DNA of 64,000 nt, from contig ADNK01001587.1 of assembly GCA_000320545.1 (NCBI GenBank), forward strand, positions 1 through 64,000, given 5' to 3'. Both the position numbers and the translations under genes were made by a program. This stretch comes from Bigelowiella natans CCMP2755. Taxonomy: Eukaryota > Protista > Cercozoa. This document shows, one piece after another, positions 54,510-64,000 of this stretch (position 1 is the first letter of the stretch; each line of letters opens with the position of its first letter). A model generated the notes under the pieces. It was not told the origin of the DNA, did no database searches, and saw nothing but the letters and a program-made list of their open reading frames with translations.

Positions 54510-55166
54510 ATGATTCACGATGATGATTATGATGATGATGCCTCACATGATATACTACGTACGCAATAACCTGACAGGAACCTGTCGATGCTGATGACTT
54601 TGCTGATGCCATTGGTATGGGTGAAGGTCAAACCGCAACCGCCGCTTTGGTTGTCAACGAGGGAGAGGAGAAGTATGCTGTCAATCGTTTTACAATGACA
54701 ATTGGCATTGAAGTTTTAATGATAATGGACATGATATGTTATGTAAGGGGCTTCATGGGTCTTTTTGGAGGTGCTCTCCAAAAGCTTATGAAAGGCGGGG
54801 CTGACTTCCACGTGGCAGTATGTCCTGATAAGGTTTGAAGTTGCCATAATCAATCCCCGTCGCTATCATCATCACCGATACCGCATTCATCATTATAGCC
54901 ATCACCTCAATACCCACCCAAATGATCATTTTGCAAATAGGGTTGTCATGAATCACATTGACATCGCTACTACTATTCTCATCAACACCGTCATGCCATT
55001 ATAATCGTTATCGTCCTTTATTTTTAGCACTACTTTTATCGTTCTCATTGCCACCCTCGTCATCCCATATTAAAAAATAGATTGCCTTCAACACTAAGTG
55101 GTTTGCCCGCAAGTTTACACTCGAAGGGAAAGTGGACACCGATCTCGCCTTCGAAGCGCTCGGGTA

Positions 55167-55200
<34 letters not shown>

Positions 55201-55203
55201 AGA

Positions 55204-55238
<35 letters not shown>

Positions 55239-55291
55239 GATGGTATACAAATACACATCTCAATCAAACACACACAAATACAAACACACAT

Positions 55292-55327
<36 letters not shown>

Positions 55328-55630
55328 GCAAACACATAGATCTTGCGTTGGACGGTTTGGGTCCCTGCTTGTGAAGAGTAAGAAGGGCAACTATTACTAT
55401 GTTCCTTGCGTTGGCAAAAGCGCAACTACCGATCTGTACAGGAGCATCAAGGTGCATGATTGCTAAAATCACCCCAGAAAAAGGATAGACATCATTTAGA
55501 TTAATGCTGCATAGTATCACATTCTACATCTCACATATCATATTGCTTGCATCAGACATCATGCCGGTCATACTGCATATTTCACACTTTGCATAGGATA
55601 TGATATCGTTCATCGGATAAAATCATGCAC

Positions 55631-55672
<42 letters not shown>

Positions 55673-56015
55673 TGTATATTTGATATTATTCATCACAAAT
55701 ACATCATGAATACTTTGTTACCTTCCCGAACATCATCACCATCCTCATCATAGGAAACTTGTGAGGAATGGGGCATGGGGTTGACGGAGAAGAAAAAGTT
55801 GGCAACGAGCTGGAAGATCAATGGAGCTGTTACGGGAACACCAGCAGAGGTTCATCAAGTTCATCATCGCCACTGCTGTCGCCTTTGTAGTCAGCATCAT
55901 CACCACCATTAGCAGCAGCATCAATCACCACTGCCTTTGTCACTAGTGCCATTCTCGTCAATGATTGCATGATCGTTTATCTCAGGTTGACATTGAAGTG
56001 AACGAAGATGACTAA
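52867..56015 (+). CDS. Hypothetical protein with Gly-heptad amphipathic repeats, an acidic tract and a small C-terminal globular domain
   Basis: Phase-consistent exons KGKNMIDKGKRKADKGKKMINKGMKN|IGKAMDG|AQRGLESAQRGMETVNDGLAQMQEMK..|GDEDYEEGGEE..|..GADFHVAVCPDK|IAFNTKWFARKF..|SCVGRFGSLLVKSKKGNYYYVPCVGK..|VDIEVNEDD*. The start is uncertain. Confidence 0.7.
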
Positions 56016-56097
56016 CAAACCAAAGAACACTTTCACTCAGTTGCCTAGCTAGTCTACCAAGTGCCACCGTTTTCAGAGCACATGAGCGACATTTCAA

Positions 56098-56623
56098 ATG
56101 ATAGACATGCAATACACAATATATATATAGTGTATTGCTGTGTCTATTATTCAAGCTAGCCTGCGACACATTCACTCAGGGTGCGATCTGAAGTCTGACA
56201 ATCATCATGCAGCCTTGTTTGCGTCGACGCATGCTTTCGCCCTGCGCAACAATGAACACACTGCATTTGAACTTTCATTGTGTTGATCATTGTGGTCACG
56301 TGCACAGCCTGTGCACACACGGCCACACACGATGTCGAAATGTTTGATTTCGAAATGAACGGAGTGTGAGAAAAGTCAGTGTAGTAGCCATTCCAATGTT
56401 TGTGAGAAACCCGCCATGCAAAACTTCATCGTTTGACAATGAGCGCATGAGTCTGATGTCTGTCTAGCTGTGTGTGCAGCAAGCGGGGGATGCATGCGGC
56501 AGCGACGGTGCTGCCACCACGCGGCGGCTACGATGCTGTGCTTTCGCATAATCTGTGCGCACGATAATAGACACAGCAATACACTACACATATGATATAT
56601 GTTGTGCATTGCATGTCTATCAT
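56098..56623. mobile_element. Candidate MITE-like element: ~55-60 bp inverted repeats, each itself a hairpin, around ~410 bp of non-coding DNA
   Basis: The reverse complement of 56098-56150 (ataatagacacagcaatacacta...ttgtgtattgcatgtctatcat) nearly equals 56564-56623. No clear TSD. Confidence 0.5.
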
Positions 56624-58070
56624 ATGACAAGTTTTTGTGCTGCACCGCCTGCCTGCAAGCACCAGAGCATTGCCACATGCGGATCCCGTGCACTTGCACG
56701 AAACAGTGCTAGAGTGGGGTTCGTTTGCCTTCACAATGGTGATTGAGTCACACGTCAAGCTGCCCTTCATTTGCCGCCACAAGAAGAGCAAATTTACTTC
56801 ACTAACTTACCCCTAACCCTTTAGCATCACCGGTTTCTCAGTGGCTGCTCCCGACTCCATCCCTCGTCTTCTGCGAGCACGTAGGAAACTCGCACAGAGT
56901 TATCAAGGGGAAAAAACAACCGTTTTCCCCTGTGCGACATACAAGCAACAAGCTTTTTCTCTAGTTTCATGAAGTATTTTATCATGTCGCAGAAACTAAA
57001 ATAGAATTGGCTTCCGAATCAATTATGTCGCACAGCAAAATCCAAAGGTGTTTGAAAAGTTCGGAGGGGTACCTCTTCGACAAATCTCCGGAGAAATGTT
57101 CTATCATTGTTCTTTGAGGATGTATGGCTGCAATTATATGGAAAATGCAGGATATTTCGATAAAAACGGTGCAAATCCCGGATCCGAACTCGTGGTACAG
57201 GCCACATCTCAAGCCAGATAGGTTTTCACAGCCACCTGCCACACAGGAAGTGGAGGGAAGGAGGAAAAGAAGGAGGAAGAGAAGGAGGAGGAGGAAAGAT
57301 GGTTTTAATACTCGAATCGTTTTTAAATATGCGTACTTACTTGATTCAGGTTGTGGAACGACTGACAGATGCTCCGTCTTATCTCTAGATCCGCGAAAAA
57401 TAAGGCAATATCAATCCCATGCTGCTTCGATAAGAGCACCTTCATATTTCCCAATCGATAAAGACACAATATATGACCATGCTCCCACTGTTGCTTAGGG
57501 AAACTGGCTGCGTGCTTTCTCTTCTAGCCCTCCTCAAATTCAAGTTGGCTTGCCGAGTTCTGCTGAGCATATTGACCAGGCAAATAACCAATAACAAAGC
57601 ATGGCCACACTTTCACAAAATATCAGATAGATAATTATAGATATCCGCAATAACTCACAAATGCGAGTGAGTACAAAAAGGGAGAGAGAGAGGGCGGAAG
57701 AGAGAGTTGAAAACTTCTGAGGACATAGGCGCACAAACATCGAACGCTCGCTTTGCCAAACAACATATATTGAATCGAGATGGGACCGCTATACATTCGA
57801 TAATATCCACAATTCGCAATTAAATCACTGACCACGTACATCTTCTGTATGGTACACGCACAGGTTTTCAAGCATGATTACATTCCGGTGAGTAATAGCC
57901 TGAGAATCGATAATACATAGCAACAGTGAGTCTACTACAATTCCTTTGAGTGTTGGAGTAAAATGCGTGTTTTTGCATGAAAATTGCATTTGTACGAATA
58001 AAATGTTAACGAACAGATAACGTAATGCGAAACACTTGGGTTGCACTTATTATTCTCTTTATCATACAAG

Positions 58071-58645
58071 ATTCCAGAGCTGAAATTCAAGGATAACACA
58101 TCCGGACAACCAAGTAAACTACACGACAAAGAGGTAGTACGACGTTCTGAACGGATATTATTAGATTAGCAGATGGAGAAGATCAAGCAGTATGAGTTAT
58201 GCTATAAGTGAGAGTATGCTACGCATTATGCACAATAATACTTATTGGTGTATCGATTTACACTTGAACAATTTGTTTATACATCAATATCTGTTGTTTT
58301 CAGAGCTGGAGCAAAGCAGAAGTTGATGAAGCACTTGAAGCAAACTGTGTCTTCGCATGGGGTCCGTCTGTGCGTTTTATCAACGAGAGCATATCATCAT
58401 ATCACTAGGATATAGTAGGGATGAGGAGGATGAGGAAGAGAGATTGACCTCAACACATCTCAAAGCAACCGTTAGTCAAACATTTAGCGGTGATGTGTGT
58501 GGATGTTATGGCAGGTCCTTCCAACGCACTGCGCAACGCATGCCCTACAATGGTGCGGGGAGATGGTGTATGGCTATACGACAACGCTGACAAGAAGTAA
58601 TACATGTATACAATTCATACGTGCATACATGCATGCCACCATGTG

Positions 58646-58688
<43 letters not shown>

Positions 58689-59476
58689 ATTATTATGAAA
58701 TAGCTAGTATACTAACAAAATAATCCTCAGTATATGCAATGGATTCATAGCCGTTGCTCTTCTTATCTTGCCCCTCCCCTCTCCTTTCTTCGTGTCAACT
58801 GTTAATGACAGGTACTTGGATTGGAGTGCAGGTGCTGTGTGCTCGAATCTGGGAAATTCAATGCCAAAAGAAGTGAAAGAAGCGATGCAGGAACAAATGG
58901 TGATGACCCATGATGACGATGATGATGATGAAGAAGAAGAAGAAGATGATGATGATATTAACGATGTCCTTACACCTGTCCGGTAGTATGATAACATGAA
59001 TTGTGATGAGAAGATGATGATGATGATGCTGATGATGATGATGGAACTTGGTAGGAAGCAGCGCCGTTTGTATACGGTGACCTAGCTGTGACGGAAGTAC
59101 GAGCCAAGCTTTGTGCTCTTCTTGCCGATATATCCCCAGGAGATCTGAACGGATTCATCTTTGCTAGGTGATGGTTTATCATAGCGACAAGCGACTACAA
59201 TGATGATAACGATGATGATGATGATGATGATGATGAGCTAGCAATAATATGATGAAGCTCTCACAAATGATATTATTTACAATAAAAACAACAATGATAT
59301 AGTTTCTTTCCCCTGCAATGACCTATTGCGTACGTGCTGTGTCAGTGGAGGGGCCGAGGCCAACGAATGCGCTCTCAGGATGGCAAGGAGATACACTGGG
59401 CGGTACAAGATTATGAGCCGTTATCGTTCATACCATGGAGGTATCAATACAAATTGTAACAGAAGTAGTAGTAGTA

Positions 59477-59508
<32 letters not shown>

Positions 59509-59762
59509 ATATGAATTTCTAATAGCAGTAACGACGATGACAAGTTTGCGATCGAGGGGACAGACATATCTGTATTATATTGTGTTGATGTGCTGCATAT
59601 GTGTTCTTCCATTCCTCTTCTCTTTCTTTCTTTCTTTCTCTAGGTACCACATCGACGTTGGCAATGACTGGTGATCCGCGCACATGGGCAACCGATACGC
59701 AAACCACTGGATTTGTGAAGATCCCTGATCCATTCCCCTTTTCCTACTCCTGGGGTAAGTAA

Positions 59763-59793
<31 letters not shown>

Positions 59794-60756
59794 AGAAATA
59801 TAGCATCATTATCATCATTGTCATCATTATCATAATTATCATATCATCACCATTGAGCCATTGACGACTACTACGCACGTAATGATAAATAATGGGAATA
59901 ATCATAAATACATAAATAACCGCAGGTGGCGACTCAGAGACCGCTGCTAAGAAAGCATTGGACGCTCTACACGAGCAGGTTGGCTATTGACATGATGCCG
60001 TGTTTTCTAACTTATTCTCCATTTGAGAATGCGCATGCACCTTCAAATCAACTAGCCTTTGTTGTGCTCTTTTTCCCCCTTACTCATCATCATCATCATC
60101 ATCGTCATCATTCTCACTATTTGAATTACTCTCAGATATTGATGGAAGGGCCTGAAAGCATAGCAGCAATATTCATGGAATCAATTACCGGCAGCAACGG
60201 CTGGCTGCTGCCTCACCCTACCTACATGCAGGTACTATCATGGAGGATAATGTGTGTTCTCTTGGTAGTCTCGTCTGGTGCCAATTATATGCTTTTGTCC
60301 CAGTCACTTCTTACCATACATTACTCTACTGCTACTGCGAAATGTAAACGACATATATTTATGAAAATTTTGCTAATATCATTATATATAGCCTTAATTC
60401 CCTCATCTGACTTGTTTGGTTATTACGTGTTGTATTATTTATCTACCAGGGTGTACGTGCTCTGTGTGATGAGTATGGTATTCTCATGGTCGCTGACGAG
60501 GTGATAATTATTCAAAGATGATGATGATGATGATGATAATGATGATGATGATGATGATGATGATGTGGGTATTATTATCTGATATGCGAGTGAATAACTT
60601 GCTGCTGCTAGGTAATGACCGGATTTGGAAGGACGGGGCAGCTCTTCGGTTTCCAAAACTTTCCAGGAGTCATCCCTGATATGTTTACGGTAATAGTAGT
60701 AATAGTAGTAGTAGTTGTAATAATAATAGTAGTATCATCGTGATTTCATGATGATA

Positions 60757-60788
<32 letters not shown>

Positions 60789-61339
60789 AGCTAGAACCAC
60801 AGCATCCACCAACAATCATATTCGTTTGTGCGAATTTCAATGATACTGCTAGTACAGTACTCGGATGAATTGCGTGTGAGAAAAGAAGTTCATCTTCGGC
60901 GTCTTACAGCTCTCATTATCATCATCGCTATCATCATCATCATCATCATTATCATCATCATCACCATCATCGTTCCTTCATTCATTCCTGGAGGCTACCA
61001 CTGCTTTTTATAATTATTATCATCATTTTTGTCAAAAGTCATCCCTACATTTTTATTATTATCACTATTATTCTCAATTGTTTCAAAGCAGCCACCCCAA
61101 TCTTGCTCTCTCTTGTGATGACAACACACACATTGATACTACTGTTACTACTATGATATCTTAGTTTGCCAAAGGGGTTTCAGGAGCATTCCAACCTCTC
61201 AGTGGTGTAGGTAGTAACCAAGAGCATTAGCAGCAACCAACAGTAGTAAGTAGTCGTGGAAGTAGTGGGAGCAGCACGCACTTCATGAGGGCTCTCCTTC
61301 CGATTGAATTCGTGTTATTTTAGTATCACGCCATTCAAA

Positions 61340-61389
<50 letters not shown>

Positions 61390-61558
61390 TGATTTTGATT
61401 CATAATGAGCAGTTTGCAATAACGACACCACCCCATCATATTCCAGGCATGTCGGACAAAATCTTTGATTTCTACCGTACCAACGCTCCAGCATATGGTT
61501 CTACTTACTCAGGTGATTTCCCCCTCTGTCCTCTATCTTCCTTTTTTTCCCCCTTTTC

Positions 61559-61610
<52 letters not shown>

Positions 61611-62538
61611 CTCTCTTTTGAGTGGAGAGTGTTGGTCAGTGAAGAGAGAACACTAACATGATCTAACATCCTTAATCTCAATTTGAAACATGCAATAATA
61701 TCGTGTTATCATGCCCCTTCTTCGCCATTGCAGGACACCCAATTCCAGTTGCATGCGGATATGCGGTAGTAGCACATCCTCATCATCATTCTCATTGTTT
61801 CATACCTGATGATGATCCTCAACCCGGTTGTTAGGTGGTGAAATACATCCTTGAAAACGATATTCCTGGCCACGCCAAGAAAATGGAGGCAACCCTTGCT
61901 GAAGGTTATGATACTGCTACGCACATCAAAAATAATGTGAAAAATGTGCAGCAGCCAGCCAGCACATTATCATCTCAACTTGTCGGCGTCTCCCTTTCTC
62001 CAGGTCTTGCTCGGTTGGTCGCAACACATAAATCAGCGAAACAGGCGCGTGTCATCGGTCTAGCTGGAGGTACATATTCTCAATAGTAGCCTAATTATAG
62101 CGTGTCATCGGTCTAGCTGGAGGTACATATTCTCAATAGTAGCCTAATTATAGCGTTGTTATCAATAGCAAACAGTATTATGGAGAGTCCATACTCACAA
62201 TTCATATTCTTTGCTTTTCCTCTTCCTCCTGCTCCTCCTATTCGCTATTACTACTACTACTACTACTACTACCACTATCCACCCCCTCACCATAGGTGTT
62301 GATATCGCTGGTCTAGATGGCTCATCTTTAATGAAGATGCATCAAACTCACCCAGCAGCGGGATACTTCAAGAAGTATGGCGTCTTCTTTTACCACTGTT
62401 GCTTACATGCAATCGATATGAGTAAAAGAAGGAGAAGAAGACTTAATTTTGACGTATTAGTTAGATCCTACGTTCCTGCGTTAGGGTTGTTTATTTATGC
62501 CAAGTAGTAAACCACTCCGACTATTCTTTTTGGAATTC

Positions 62539-62612
<74 letters not shown>

Positions 62613-62974
62613 CCTCAACCGCTTAATCCCCTACCTTTCCTCTTTCTCTTTCCTCACCTAGTCGTCTGAAGGAAGAAGGTCTTATTACGTTGGTCAGAGG
62701 GCACCACATGCATTGTACTCCTCCTTTGATCATATCAGAGGTATGATGATGATGATGCAGCAGCAGCACTCAGCAGAAACACTAAATCAATGCCGATGAA
62801 AATGATGATGATGACGGTGAGCAGGAATAGAAAAAGAAGATAAACTTTTTTAAAAACGTATCATAGATTTATTTTGCTTTATTGTCTTATTAGAGCGAAA
62901 TAACAACTGGCATTGATATTCTGGACAAGTGCTTTGGTGACCTAGATGCATTTCTTCAGCAAGACTCTTCTTAA
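58071..62974 (+). CDS. Class III (omega-amino acid) PLP-dependent aminotransferase, beta-alanine/taurine:pyruvate/AGXT2-like, about 20 exons
   Basis: VRGDGVWLYD; YLDWSAGAVCSNLG; SGGAEANECALRMAR; RYRSYHGG; IAAIFMESITGSNG; GILMVADE|VMTGFGRTG; PDMFT|FAKG (PLP lysine); YGSTYS|GHP; CTPPLII. The 5' exons (possibly from ~57660) are uncertain. Confidence 0.93.
62048..62153 (+). repeat. Exact 53-bp tandem duplication spanning an exon end and its 5' splice site
   Basis: cgtgtcatcggtctagctggag|gtacatattctcaatagtagcctaattatag occurs at 62048-62100 and again at 62101-62153. Confidence 0.95.
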
Positions 62975-63129
62975 ACACAGACTAAAGAAATGAAGTATGA
63001 GAGTGAAGCATTGTATGTGCCCAAATCTTCATGGGAAACAACTCTCAGCTAAATTTAGTTACAGTAAATTAGTAATATGTAGCAGACATAGGATGTATGA
63101 AAGGTAACAGATGGATGCTTGGTTAGGCG

Positions 63130-64000
63130 TTCTCATCCTGTCCGCCATGCACACATGCTAGCATGTAAAAACGGGCAGCGCATATATGCACTAGATCTAG
63201 AGATGTAGCCATTTATCATGTCTTGCAGAGGTGCGACGTGTGTCCATGCAATGTGGACCATGCCAGTCTAGCAGTGTGCATATGAAGAGTACGTACGCTA
63301 GTACGATACGATCGATGCGATATGTGCATGCATTCGTCTCTGCGCAGCATTTCTAGCTAGACGCGCGCGTGCTACTAGCTAGCACGATTAATGGTGCTGC
63401 TGCAATAACCGCATCATGCATCGTGGGCTAAATGGGCAGCATGGATCGGAGTCGATCCACCATGCATGCGCGCATGCATGCACACATCACATGTCGACGA
63501 CAGTGTAACTTAATGGTACACCGCTGGGACGACAAAATTAGACAAAATCGCACTCCTGACATCCGCGCTAAATTGTTTTGTTTAGGTAAAATCACCTCAT
63601 TTAATTGATTTTTTGTTCTTTAATTTGGACATGAATTCCAGTTTTCAAAATCTCAAAAATTGAATTTCTCCAAAACTAGACCATTGCGGCACTCAGGGCC
63701 AGTGCATTCATGTGCAGCTTCGCATGCTGCTCCTTGTGATGTGTTCCACGAATGCTTGGCGAGCATTTTAACCTTCCGGTGTACCCGCCCTGCGTGGGGG
63801 CAAGTTGCCACTACATGCTCGACACATGTCGTGTGATGACATGTGCCGCGTGCGTGCACCATGCATGCCATGTGCATGGACACATTTGTGCTGTGCGCAT
63901 GCTAGCGATAGCATGGCTGCACATCAGTCTAGCAGTGCTAGAGTGCCACATTGTGTCGTCCATGATGCACATGTTAATTTCATTGGACCACAGCTAGCAG
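63130..64000. repeat. Palindromic-word-rich spacer downstream of the aminotransferase, with A-tract core
   Basis: Perfect 20-bp palindrome catgcatgcgcgcatgcatg at 63461-63480; A/T-tract core at ~63530-63680; CATG/TGCA arms on both sides. Confidence 0.65.

Noticed and set aside
56802-56823. Telomere-like cccctaaccct
   Set aside because: Fewer than two full units; consistent with chance.
57005-57194. + strand peptides IGFRINYVAQQNPK and MENAGYFDKNG resembling an NMT1/TauA binding domain fused to the aminotransferase
   Set aside because: I could not build a consistent exon chain to the enzyme, and the resemblance is too short.

Overview
Intron-dense eukaryotic nuclear DNA from a protist. Bipartite signal-plus-transit-like leaders and an SP-LRGG leader suggest an alga with a complex plastid, possibly a chlorarachniophyte (inference only). 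Most six-frame ORFs are microsatellite artefacts, so genes were rebuilt by hand across GT-AG introns and their outer coordinates are approximate. About 14 genes: DUF6687-like protein with a bipartite leader (-), Mo25/CAB39 (+), OPA3-like (-), a coiled-coil protein (+), a large beta-propeller-like/ankyrin protein (+), two head-to-head 4-TM proteins, an SP-LRGG protein ending in only the C-terminal motif of TruD/Pus7 (-), a SET-domain protein (+), C2-RasGAP (-), PIP kinase (+), a 7TM GPCR-like protein (-), a Gly-heptad/acidic protein (+) and a class III aminotransferase (+). The strongest non-coding signal is that gene orientation alternates almost strictly. Each tail-to-tail junction holds a 0.4-1.4 kb spacer rich in short palindromic words (CATG, TGCA, CTAG, AGCT), with hairpins and often an A-tract core; head-to-head gaps and the one tandem junction lack it. 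No tRNA, rRNA, CRISPR array or transposase was recognised.
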